From the NCBI GenBank assembly GCA_963575745.1, contig CAUYUJ010000279.1:62001-115952 (forward strand): DNA of 53,952 nucleotides, in the 5' to 3' direction. Positions 42,402 through 53,952 of this stretch are shown here, piece by piece. A program made the translations under genes and the position numbers. The stretch comes from Prorocentrum cordatum. Taxonomy: Eukaryota. The notes beneath the pieces are model-generated. The model did no database searches. It worked only from the letters and a program-made list of their open reading frames with translations, and had not been told where the DNA came from. How positions within the stretch are numbered: the stretch's first letter is position 1; the number at the start of each line of letters is the position of its first letter.

Positions 42402-43570
42402 TCGGAGCCAGAGAAAAACTCACAAAGCAACTTCACACACAGGATTTTGGCACCACCAACGGTGCGACGCATGTGCACACATGCCACTGGATCCCCAGCG
42501 ATCCGAACCAGGGTTGATGCACGGCCATGCTCTGAGATGCAGATGACATGTATGGCGTGGCAACGCTGTCGGCGGCGACAAGATCCCAAGCTCCGCTACC
42601 AACAAACATTCCATGGTGGTTTGGCGCAGCCAAACCGCCGTGCAACGTCAGTTTGTTCATCCGTTGACGGCAGCACGCGTCGCGGCAGCAGAACGCAGTA
42701 GCGCGCAGGGGCATGCAAGGCCGGCGACGTGGCTGGCCAGCTGCCAGCGCGATTTTCGGAAGAAGTGCCGAAATCCACGTAAGATCGTTTTGGGCGCGGC
42801 ATCTGGCGCAGCTGCGTCGCGCTGCCAGGCGCCGCGGCCTTGCGATTGCAGCGCCAGGCCCCGTGCGTGCTCTCACGGGGACGGCGAAAACGATCGTGCG
42901 CAGAGGAGATTCCTTCGCGCGCCCCCGGCGCCGGCAGTGCAACCAGACCGCGCGCGAAGGAATTGCGCGAGACTTCGCGGCACGCAAAGGAATTGCAGCA
43001 ACGCCCTCTGGGTTGCGCTGTTCGCGCGCGGCGGCAGCTCCGAGCTGGAAAGGAACGGGGGGGGGGGGGCGGGGCAAGGCAGAGGAGGGGGGGCGGAAGA
43101 AGAAGGACGACAAGAAAGAAGCGAAGGAAGCAACGGAAGGAAGCCAGGATGCGCGCAAGCGAAGCTGACACTGCGCGCCGAGACATTTTTTTTTTTTTTT
43201 TTTTTGTTTTTTCTTCGTCCGGTTGGCCGCGCGGCAGATGAATGGAAAAATATGCGTTTGCTGCCTATCGAAAGGATTTCTTAGGAATGAGACTCGCGCT
43301 CTCTTCCGCGTCCGCTTTCCCGCGCGAGCGCGCGGGGATTTGTTCTGGCCCGCGGGCAGAGGGCTGCCAGTTGCTGGTGAGCGGCCTTTCCAGTCGCGCG
43401 CCCCGAACAAATGCCGCCAGCTAAACGCACTTGCCACGCAGACCGCCTGCTCCAAACACCGACGCCGCCCCGATCCCCGCACGCGTGCCAGGCGCCCTCT
43501 CAACGACGCCCCCTTCCAGCGTAAAACCAATCAAACCATTTGTGTTTATTTGTTTTTTTTCCTGTTCTGA
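42402..43570. mobile_element. 1.17 kb insertion into the satellite with 5-bp target duplication
   Basis: ACAGT at 42397-42401 and 43571-43575; removing the insert restores module B. Weak terminal inverted similarity; no recognisable ORF. Confidence 0.75.
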
Positions 43571-46500
43571 ACAGTCTCGGCCCTTGCCAGGCACTGCAAT
43601 TTCTGACCGCGCTGCCTCAGAATGCGCCGTTCGGGGGACAATCGGGGCGGGAATGCCGCGGCGATCCCGCGCCGCGGTGGCCGGCTCTGTCGCGGCGCCA
43701 GGGCGAACGCGCTGCCCGCGCCCCCCCCCTCCCCCCAGCGATGCCGAGCTGAGCAACGAAGCGGCGCGACGACGTCACCGATGAGGGCCATTGCCGTCGC
43801 CCCTTGTCGGCATCCTCAGCTTTGCGCCAGGGTAGCGGGGGGGGGCCGTCGCGGCGCTTCTGTGCGACATCCGTGAGACTGTCAAACTAAAGCACCGTCC
43901 GCGCGGACGACTTGGGGAAGCACTCGGGCGTCGCGCTCCAGTACGTGTTATCAACACATCATCGCGTTCGGCTGCTCATTTTTCCGCGCGCACCGGAGTT
44001 GGGCAACACAGTGCATCGGCCAATTGTACATCTGACACTTCCTTTTGACGTAGATCCGAACATGCTTCGACGCGACGCGGCGCGGCGACGTCCGTTGGCG
44101 TCGTCGTCTCGCTAGCGTCCTAGGCGGCCCTCGGTCGTCGTCGTCGTCGTCGTCGTCGCTGGGCCGCTCCCATTCGAAATATGAAGTTGACTGGGATCAT
44201 GGCGGGCAAGCCGGTTTTCTATTCCATCTTTAGATGTGAAACCCAACGCCGCCGCTGCTGCTTCGCTGCAGAAACCGCATAGCAGCCCGTAGCAACCGCG
44301 TAGAAGCCGCTATCTTTTACATTAGGAAACGCTGCGCACCTTGCAAATCTCAAATTCTAATTATATGTCCGATGAGTTGGACCGGTTCTATGTAGAAGAT
44401 GCGCGGTTGTTGCGCGGTTTCTACGCGGTTTCTACCGGCCCCTACGCGGATTCGACGACTCTGCCGCGACAGCGACGCCAGGGGGCGTTCCCGTGTTGGC
44501 TGGGGCGAGTGGCGGAGTCAACCTGCAGTATCAGTTCGCTGCGTCGCGCGCACTTTGCACGGCGCTTTCCCCTGTCAGGCTGCAATGCCAGCTGCGCGGC
44601 GCCGAGCGAGGGGCCCTTAGGTGACGCAGTGTATCGGCCAGGTGTACGTCTGATTTCTCCTTTTTACGTAGATCCTAACATGTTTCGACGCGACGCGGCG
44701 CGGGGGCGTCCATCGGCGTCGTCATCTCGCTCGCGTCGTAGGCGGCCCTCGGTCGTCGTCGTCGTCGCGGGGCTGCTCCCGCTCGAAATTTGCAGCTGAC
44801 TCGGAAAATGTAGGGCGGGCCGCTTTCCTACTCCAGCTTTAAACGTGAAGCCCGAGGCCACCGCTGCTGCTTCGTTATAGAAACCGCATAGCAACCCGGA
44901 ATCACATGATTTTGCACATAGGAATAATTGCACACCTTGACTTTCAATGGGGTGGACCGGTTCCTATGTGAAAGATGCGCGGTTTCTACGCGGCTTCCAC
45001 CGGCTCCTACGCGGTTTCTACGAACTCGGCCGCGACAACAACGCCGGGGGGCGCGCCCGTGTCGGCTGGGGCGAGTGGCGGAGTCAACCTGCAGAATCAG
45101 TTCGCTGCGTCGCGCGCACCTTGCGCGGTGCTTTCCCCATTCAGGCTGCAATGCCAGTTACGCGGCGCCAAGCGAGGGGCCCGGGGCGCGCGATAAAAAC
45201 GACCGCGCAGAATTGAGCCGCCGAGCCAGTCATGACACTCATGATGCTTCGGTGACACCGCGGACAGTCCTGACCCTGGCCGGGCACTAAAAGTCCCTGA
45301 CCGCACAGCCCCAGATTGCGCCGTTCGGGGGGCGATCGAAGCGGAAATGCCGCAGCGCGCCTGGCGGTGGCCGACTCTGTCGCCGCGCCGGGGCGAACGC
45401 GCAGCCCGCGCCCCCCCCTCCCCCCGGCGATGCCAAGCTGAGCAACGAAGCAACGCGACGACGTCACCGATGCGGGCCATTGCCGTCGTCTCTTGTCGGT
45501 CTCCTTAGCTTTGCGTCAGGGGGGCGGGGGGCGGGGGGCCGTCGCGGCGCTTCTGCGCGACATCCATGAAACTGTCAAACTAAAGCACCGCCCGTGCGGG
45601 CGCCTCGGGGAAGCGTTCGGGCGTCGCGCTCCTGTGCATGTTCTCAACGTATCATCGCGCGGATGGTTTTTTTTTCCACGCGCGTCCGAGTTGTAACGCA
45701 GTGCATCGGCCAATTGTACATCTGGCATTTCTTTTTGACGTAGAGCCGAACATGTTTCGACGCGACGCGGCGCGGGGGCGTCCATTGGCGTCGTCGTCTC
45801 GCTAGCGTTCTAGGCGGCCCTCGGTCTTTGTCGTCATCGTTGGGCCGCTCCCTTTCGCAATTTGAAGCTGACTCGGAAAATGGTGGGCCGGCCGGTTTCC
45901 TATTCCAGCTTTAGATGGGAAGCCCAACGCCGCCGCTGCTGCTTCCTTGTAGAAGCCGCATAAAAACCCGTAGAAACCGCATAGAACCCGCGTATTTTAT
46001 TATAGAATCCGCTGCGCACATGAGTTCAAATTACACATTACTATTAATGGGTTGGGCCAGTTTCCACGCGCAAGATTCGCGGTTTCTACGCGGTTCCACC
46101 CGGCCCCTACGCGGATTCTACGACTCTGCCGCGACAGCGACGCCAAGGGGCGTTCCCGTGTTAGCTGGGGCGAGTGGCGGAGCCAACCTGCAGAATCAGT
46201 TCGCTGCGTCGCGCGCACTTTGCACGGTGCTTTCCCTTTTCAGGCTGCAATGCCAGTGGCGCGGCGCCAAACGAAGGATCCTTAGATAACGCAGAATATC
46301 GGCCAGTTATACATCTGACATTTACTTTTTACGTAGCTCCTAAAATGTTTCGACGCGACGCGGCGCGGGGACGTCCATCGGCGTCGTCGTCTCACTCGCG
46401 TCCTAGGCGGCCCTCGGTCGTCGTCGTCGTCGTTGGGCCGCCCCCTCTCGAAAGTTGGAGTTGACTAGGAAAACGGCGGGCCATCCGTTTTCCTATTCCA

Positions 46501-48616
46501 GATTTAAATGTGAAGCCCATGGTGCTTCGTTGTATAAGCCGCCTCACAACCCGTAGAAGCCGCGTAGACACCGCTATATCTACATAGAAGCAGCTGCACA
46601 CTTCAAAAACTTCAAATTACAAATTTACTTCTAATGGGGTGGACCGGTTTCTATGTAAAAAACTACGCGGCTTCTGCGCGGTTTGTACACGGTGTCTACC
46701 GGTTCCTACACGTGTTCTACGAACTCTGCCGCGACAGCGACGCCAGGGGGCGTTCCCGTGCTGGCTGGGGCGAGTGGCGGAGTCAACCTGCAGAATCAGT
46801 GCGCTGTGTCGCGCGCACTTTGCGCGGTGCTTTCCCCGTTCAGGCTGTAATGCCAGTTGCGCGGCGCCAAACGAGGGGTCCGGGGCGCGCGATGAAAACG
46901 ACCGCGCAACATTGAGCCGCCGAGCCAGATCTCCGCCCGTTACACTTTTCCCGCTCGCGAGGCTTTGGTCACACCGTGGATAGTCCTGGCCCTTGCCGGG
47001 TACTAAAGTTCCTGACCGCGCTGCCCCAGATTGCGCTGTTCGGGAGGCGGTCGGAGCGAAAATGCAACGGCGCGCCCACGCGGCGGCAGCCGACTCCGTC
47101 GCCGCGCCAGGGCGAATGCGCAGCCCGCGCCCCCCCACCCCCCCCACCCCACCCCACCCCAGCGATGCAAAGCTGAGCAACGAAGCGACGCAACGACGTC
47201 ACCGATGAGGGCCATTGTCGTCGTCTCTTGTCGGTCTCCTCAGCTTTGCATCGCGGGGAGGGGGGTGGGGAGGCCGGCGCGACGCTCGTCTTTGCGACTT
47301 AGTGCCGCCCGTGCGGTCGTCTCGGGGAAGCCTTCGGGCATCGCGCTCCCGCGCATGTTCTCAACGTGTCATCGCTCGCGGATGGTCGTTTTTTTAAGCA
47401 CGCGCCAGTATTGCGCGCCGCGCGAGGCCTCCAGGATGTTCCTGATAGGAAGGGGGATGAACAGGAGAGCCGGGAGGTGGAAATGAGAAGTCTGGGAGGG
47501 ATGAGGCGGAGCGTCCTCAAGAAAGTCCCAAACGCTTACCTAGCCACACTAAGACAGCTTCTGGAAACAATGCCTCCAGGAGGGAGGTCGATTGCCTGCC
47601 GAACGGCCTTGGCGATCAAACGAGCGATTGAGGGGGGAACAACACGCTGAAGGCAACGCGCATCTCCACCTGGATAAGGCGATGCAGGTGGAACATCAGC
47701 GCCACTCCTCGACCCGAGTTCAGCGATGGTTCGACGAGGGCGATGGATACGGAAAGGATGAGGAGGAGAAGGAGAGGAAGGAGGGGGAGGGCAAACAGGA
47801 AGGGTAAAAGCGGTGGAGATGAGGCAACTGGGAGGTTATACAACATGGATGTCCATGCCCCTGGACCAATGTGCACGGACACGCCACACTGCCAGGCTTG
47901 ATGGGGCCACTGGGGAAACTCTCCAACGTGATACACCTATACCACCGTAGTTGGGCGGCGGCGACAAGGAGAAGGGAGAGGGGGAGGCAGGAAGACACAG
48001 GAAGGGGTGGCAGGATGCTGTGAAGGAGGGCAAGGAGGAAGACACCATAGAGGAGGAGGGGGAGGAGGAGACAAAGGAGATAGAGGAGGAGAGGCAGGAC
48101 GAGGAGGAGGAGGAAGAAGAAGAGGATGACGGGCGGGAGTCGGAGGAGGATGAGCAGGCGGAGGCCGAAGGGGAAGCGGAGAAAGAGGGGGAGCAGCACC
48201 AGGAGGAGGAGAAGGAGAAGGAGGAAGAGAAGGAGGAGGAGAAGGAGAAGAAGAAGGAGGAGGAGTAGGAGGGGAGGAGGAGGAGAGAGGAGGAGGGGGA
48301 GGACGGGAGGAGGGGAGAAGGAGGGAGGAGAAGGAGGAGGAGGAGGAGGAGGGGAGGAGGAGGGGGAGGAGGAGGAGGGGGATGGGGAGAAACGGCGGAC
48401 GGAGTGGGGGGGGGGGGAGGGGGAAGGGGGGGGAGATGAGGAGGGAACGAGGGGGGCGGGGGCGAGGAGCAGGAGCAAGGGGACGCAGAGGGGGAGGCAC
48501 AGACCCGGAGGGCAGCCCCCTGCCGATGGCCCGCAGCGCGTCGGCCTCGGGGGTGGTGACGCGCCACTCGCCTGGGCGGCGCGCGCGGCGCCCGACGACG
48601 ACGACGACGACGCACA

Positions 48617-48678
<62 letters not shown>

Positions 48679-48957
48679 TCACGACGACGCACACGACGCA
48701 CCACGACGCCACAACGACGACGACGACGACTACGACGACGACGACGACGACGACGACGCCCCGCCCCGCCCCGCCCCGCCCCGCTCCGCTCCGCCCCGCC
48801 CCACCCCGCCCCGCCCCGCCCCCGTCCCGCCCCCTCCCCCGCCCCTCCCCGGCATGATCTGCCCCGCCCCGCAAGGTCGCGCCCGCCCCCCACCATCCCA
48901 TCCAGCGGGGAGGAGGAGGAGGAGGGGGAGGAGGGGGGAGGGAGAGAGGCAGTCCTC

Positions 48958-48994
<37 letters not shown>

Positions 48995-51533
48995 TGCTCT
49001 TCTCCTCCTCCTCCTCTTCCTCCTCTCCTCCTCCTCTTCCTCCTCCTCCTCCTCCTCCTCATCCTCCTCCTCATCCTCCTCCTCCTCCTCTTCCTCCTTC
49101 CTCCCCCCCTCTCTCCTCCTCCCCCTCCCCTCCCGCCCGCATCTCACCGCTCTCCTCCTCCTTCTCTCCTCCTCCTCCTCCTCCTCTCCTCCTCCTCCTC
49201 CTCCTCCTTCCCATCATTCCCCTCGTTCTCTCCACCACCTCCTCCTCCTCCTCCTCCTCCTCCACCTGGCCTCCCTCGTTCGTCTCCTGGCCCTTCTCCT
49301 GCTCCTCTTTCGCGTCGTCGTCGTCGTTATCGTGTCCTTCCCCTCCGTGTCCTGTTCTCCTTCTGCTCATCCTTCTCCTCCTCCTCCTCCTCAAGAGGAT
49401 GCCTCGACGTTTACCGAACTAGGCGATGACACCGTATGCTGACTCATCGCTTCGAGCTAATGATGTGGCATGGCATGTCTTGTCCACAAGCGCTATCCGC
49501 CCGTGGAGTGCAAGAGTGTCGCCCAGAGCGGGGGAGTAGCACTGTTGAGCTATGCAGGCGGTGCACATATTTCGCCAAGCTGTGGCGGCGTGGCAAAATT
49601 AGCGAATCATCCTCTTGTCGCTGATCCAGGACAGCACATGCATGCGAGCTCCCCGTTGAGGAAGCCCCACGATACCCTTCGGGAACGCTCATGGCCATAG
49701 CTTGCCACCGAGTGCAAGACGGTACCGCTGCCACTGGAGCTCCCACAAGCCTCGCTCGAAATGATATTTGATAAGCCCGCAGCCCTGAGCACAGAACGAC
49801 ACAAACATCTAGCACTTGCGGATAAGACGGGGGGGGGCTGGCGCGGGGAGGGTCACGGGTGGATCGCGGGTGGGTCTTGGGTGGGTCGTGGGGTGGGTCG
49901 CGGGGTGGGTCGCGGGAGGATCGTGGGCGATGGTGACGACAACAAACAACGACAAACAACAAAACCAACAACAAACAACAAACACGCAGAGCAAGCTTCG
50001 AGCCAGCTCATTCAGCCACGCACTCAAGGACAATGTCAGATCGTTCGGCCCCCTCACTCTGATCTTCTAGGCTCCGGACTATCGCCGTTTGCCTGGGGTG
50101 AATGGACAAGACGATGAAGAGGGGAGGAGAAGGAGGACGAGGTGGCGGCGGGCAGTAGCAGCCGCCACAGCACGGAAGCGCAAGCGGGCACACTGCTGGA
50201 AGACCTCCAGCGTGACGAGGGAGCCGTATGACGGAGCACACCCCATAAGCGATCGCACCCTCGGTGGTCAGATCCTCTGTGCTCGCAGTCTTCTTGGATG
50301 TCACGGCGGTGGCCGACCGAGAGCACGGAGAGCGGATATGGGGAGGGGAGTATAAGAGATGGGGGGGGAAGGGGAGGGGGGGGGCACAACGCTGGACGAG
50401 GAGGAGGAGGACACAATAGAACGGAGGAAGGAGAAGGAGGCGTTGGAGCGGGTGGGCCCAGAGTCAATAACACAGGCTACAGGCCGCTGATGGTACTGAC
50501 AAGGCGAGCCGCCGTAGATTGCAGGCAGCCTCTTCATATACTGGACGGGTGGAAGCTGCCGCGGTGGGTTGCAACGTGAATCTGCAGCCCAGTGCCACCT
50601 CCCCCTCGAGGACACGGGCAGGTACAGCAATGCTGCGACGTGCGCGGAGGAGGATTCGGAACGATTGCGAAGCAATAAATCCAAAAAGCACAAAACCGGT
50701 GAGGCGAGTACCACCTGTCTTCAAAGCGCAAAGTTCACTCAGAAGCGAGTCCCTCGTCTGCGCCCCGCCGAGGCCGTTCTCTCAAAAGCGAGTCCCTCCA
50801 AGTTTCGGCGACAGTAAAAAAAAAGGCGCACGTGCGCCACTGGGCCTGGCGGGAGCCCATCCCCGCCTAGCAGCCCGAACCACCCGCCAGCGGGGGGGGT
50901 GTGACGGGGAATGGACGGTGGCCCGAAGCGAGGGAGGAGCCGGGGAGAGGAGGCCCCCAGGAGGAGGAGGAACCCCACATGGGACGAGCACAGGGACCCC
51001 GCGCCAGGAGGGACCTGGACGCGGGGGGGAGCCCGAGCCCGCCCCACACGAGGCCCACCCCCCCCCCCAGGGAGAGCAAGCCGGGAGAGAGAGAGGCAAA
51101 GGCAAGGGAAGGAGAGCCGGCAGCCGAGGGGGGAAGCCAAGGAGCGAGGGAGAGAGGAAGCGGCCACCGCCCAACCCCCGCCACCCCCCCCCCCAGGTCG
51201 TGCGCGGAGGAGGAGGACGGCGACGCGGAGGGGTATTTCGATGACTTTGCAGGGGTGGCGTTGCATGGAGGACTGCGCAGCACGCGGTGTAAGCAGCCGC
51301 TGTGGCCGCGATGCGAACGTCCTCATGCCGCAGGGCGTGCGGAAGGAAGGGCCCGAGGGCGCCCATGTTCGCATCAATGTGTGGTGCCAACGTAAGGCGC
51401 GGCAAACGGCCTGACACCTACTGGGCACATCTAACGCGGCTCCCATCCAGCACCTCCCCCATCTGCTCCCGCCCTTTCTACCCCCCCTCTCACTCTTCCG
51501 ATGCGCCTCCTTCTCCTCCTCCTTCTCCGCCGC

Positions 51534-51610
51534 CTTCCACGAGACGACGGCAAGAAGAAGAAGACAACACCCGGCCGCGAGGAACTCGGGATCTCCGAGA
51601 GCTGGTGGGC
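51534..51610 (-). CDS. tentative GH3 exon encoding a hydrophobic segment
   Basis: PPALGDPEFLAAGCCLLLLAVVSWK between CAG|G and AAG|GC; no family motif. Confidence 0.25.
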
Positions 51611-51779
51611 CTGGAGGGAGGAGGAGCCCGGGCACCGCGACCGCTCCAGAGCGCCCCAGGACGCTCCGAGAGAGAGACCCGCCTTCGCCCTGCAATCGGG
51701 CTGCTTCCGCAGGGCACGCCAAACGAGCCTCGAGGGCTCCCATTGGCTCCAGACGCGCCCGGGTGCACGAGGAGCGCGA

Positions 51780-51964
51780 CCCAGACATGCGACGTCCTGA
51801 TTTTTTCAGGACGGCGTCCCCGCAAGTCCCGACCCTTTCCCCGGGGCCGGTTTTTCGTCCTGAGTCGTTTTTTGACGGTCCCGAGGCCCGGCGAGGACCT
51901 CTAGAGGGCGAAAATATTCAAAAACCGCCCGTCCTGATTTTTTTACGACGCCATCATGTCTGGG
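51780..51964. mobile_element. ~185 bp MITE copy
   Basis: CCCAGACATG...CATGTCTGGG; near-identical to the inverted copy at 52492-52676. Confidence 0.85.
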
Positions 51965-52491
51965 TCGAGGGCTCCCATTGGCTCCAGACGCGCCCGGGTG
52001 CACGAGGAGCGCGAGAGGACCGACCGTGGCAGGCCGTCGGGAGCAGCGGGCCACCTCCCCACGGCTCCTTGCTCCAGCGTCCTGGACTGCAGGCCCGCCT
52101 CCTCCTCCCCCCCTCCCTCCCGGGGGCCCCAGAGCCGTGTGGTGGCGGAGGAGGGAGGGAGGGAGGGAGGGAGGGAGGGAGGGAGGGAGGGAGGGAGGGA
52201 GGGAGGAGGAGGAGGAGGAGGAGGAGGAGGAGGAGGAGAGAGGAGCAGGAACAGGAGGAGGAGCAGCACGAGGAGGAGGAGGAGGAGGAGGAGGAGGAGG
52301 AGGAGGAGCCGGAGGTGGTGGCCTCGACCTCCCCAGAGACCTCACCGCGGGGCCCGTCACCACGCGGCCTGGGACCCTGGAGGCCCCCGTCGCCCGAGGC
52401 ATCCCTCGGAGAACTCCCCGAGGTCCCCAACCCGTGCGGTGACCCCGAGCCCCCACCGACGCACCACCCGGTGTGGTCACCACCCCGTGTT

Positions 52492-52676
52492 CCCAGACAT
52501 GATGGCGTCGTAAAAAAATCAGGACAGGCGGTTTTGGGGTATTTTCGCCCTCTAGAGGTCCTCGCCGGGCCTCGGGACCGTCAAAAAACTACTCCGGACG
52601 AAAAACCGGTCCCGGGGAAAGGGTCGGGACTTGCGGGGACGCCGTCCTGAAAAAATCAAGACGTCGCATGTCTGCG
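52492..52676. mobile_element. ~185 bp MITE copy (inverted relative to 51780-51964)
   Basis: CCCAGACATG...CATGTCTGCG; few mismatches to the reverse complement of 51780-51964. Confidence 0.85.
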
Positions 52677-53870
52677 TTGGGGGCCCCCGGCCCTCCAGCT
52701 GCCCCCCCCCCGGCCCCCTCCGGAGAGCTCGGGGTCTCTGCGAGCTGGCGGGTCTGCAGGATGCGGCTGGGCGCCGCGGCCGCTTCGGAGCGCCCCGGCG
52801 TAAGCGTCGGAGTGCGAGGGCAAACGGTCATTCATTGTCCCTGGGTGTGTGGCTGAATTGGGATTCGGCGGCCAGGATTTCCGTTGTTGTTGTCGTCGTC
52901 CTCACCCGCGACCCCCCCCTCCCCCGCGACCCAGCCCGCGACCCAGCCCGCGACCCGCCCGCGACCCACCCGCGACTCACCCCGCGACCCAGCCGCGACC
53001 ATCCCCTCGCCCGCCCCCTCACTCGTATCCGCAACTGAGGGGTGCTTCGCAAACGTGCGCGGGTCCGCGCGGATGTCTCGGATCGGCGCTGGGCCCTCCT
53101 CCTTGGCGCGCGGAGCGCGCCTGGGGCGGCGCCGAGGGGGCCCCAGGCCCCGCTCTCCAAGCCCGTGCGGTCCGTCCTCCACAGGTTTGTGCTTGTGCTG
53201 CTGTTTGTGATGCGAGCCTCCCCCCACCCCCTGGGAAGCCAGAGGCCCCCCCCAAAAAGGCGAAAGCGAGGGCCGGCGCGCCCCTTCCTTTCCTGACCTC
53301 CTGCCCCATCCCCCCTCCCGCCCCCGCTCCTCCCCCACCTCCTTGCCGCTTCGGGCGGTGTTCAATGGGGGGGCGAGACATGGGGGGGGGGCCGGCTCTG
53401 GCCCCAGGGGGCCCTCTGAGGGCCCCAGGGGGCCCCTTTACGGCCCTTCTTGGGCCCCAAGTTGGCCCTTTAGGGCCCGTTGCAAGCCCCTTTAGGGGCT
53501 TCGTCGTCGTGTTTTTCACAAAGCGTTGACCCCCAGAGGTTTGGACCCATTCCTAGTTCCCAGGGGCCGGTTTTTCATCCCGAGTCTTTTTTTGTCTGTC
53601 CTGGGGCCCGGCGAGGGCCCCCGCAGGCCGAAAATTTAAATTACAAAACAACAAAGACACACCCGTCATGATTTCTTCACCGCGCGAGCCCGACCCGCTC
53701 CGCGCGCCAAGGAGGAGGAGGAGGAGGAGGAGGAGGAGGAGGAGGAGGACGAGGAGGAGGGAGGAGGGAGGAGGAGGAGGGAGACGAGGACGAGGACGAG
53801 GAGGAGGAGGAGGAGGAGGAGGAGGAGGACGAGGACGAGGAGGAGGTGCAGGGCCCCCGTCCCTCGCCAC

Positions 53871-53952
53871 CCCATTGCGCAGCGCCCGACCCGCTCCGCC
53901 GCCCGCGGCGCCAGGGTGGCAGCCCTGCTCGTGCAGCAGCTCCACGCTGGGC
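53871..53952 (-). CDS. probable upstream GH3 exon (partial, runs off window)
   Basis: PSVELLHEQGCHPG resembles the VxYxxGC segment that precedes the PA14 insertion in GH3 enzymes; GT donor at 53870. Confidence 0.5.

Larger units (their letters stand above)
38750..47400. repeat. higher-order tandem satellite, ~1.7-1.8 kb unit with an internal ~0.6 kb duplication
   Basis: Module B (ACGACCGCGCAGAA..GAGCCAGATCTCCGCCC) starts at ~38755, 40543, 42315, 45198, 46898. Module C (AACGCAGTGTATCGGCCA...) at ~39261, 39868, 41112, 41721, 44005, 44625, 45696, 46288. Module A (GTTGGCTGGGGCGAGTGGCGGAGTCAACCTGC) at ~39740, 40320, 41592, 42176, 44494, 45061, 46160, 46760. Order is B-C-A-C-A. Confidence 0.92.

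Noticed and set aside
38750..47400. Tandem array considered as CRISPR, 5S rRNA or SL RNA gene cluster
   Set aside because: No identical short repeats with unique spacers, no cas genes, and no 5S or SL sequence in the unit.

Overview
Eukaryotic, GC-rich, microsatellite-dense DNA that is almost certainly dinoflagellate. It carries the dinoflagellate spliced leader (DinoSL, DCCGTAGCCATTTTGGCTCAAG) and uses GC-AG introns; it is Prorocentrum-like by inference. The backbone is one minus-strand glycoside hydrolase family 3 (beta-glucosidase-like) gene. Its short exons are scattered across the whole window, and six of them splice cleanly in frame. The introns hold: a decayed RTE-type LINE (~3.1-5.0 kb); a full-length but inactivated ~7.9 kb LINE that begins with a DinoSL and has an unrecognised duplicated ~120-aa domain after its RT and zinc knuckle; a 2 kb SL-capped non-autonomous retro-insert inside (ATC)n whose 3' tip resembles that LINE's; a 5'-truncated LINE carrying a C5 cytosine methyltransferase, joined head-to-tail to a third SL-headed, WW-domain-encoding element; a ~1.75 kb higher-order satellite with inverted 11-mer arrays around AT-rich cores; and several MITE families. 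The best candidate for an undescribed system is a set of SL-capped, microsatellite-targeting retroelements with unusual cargo domains. All calls come from manual reading and motif recognition; no database searches were run.
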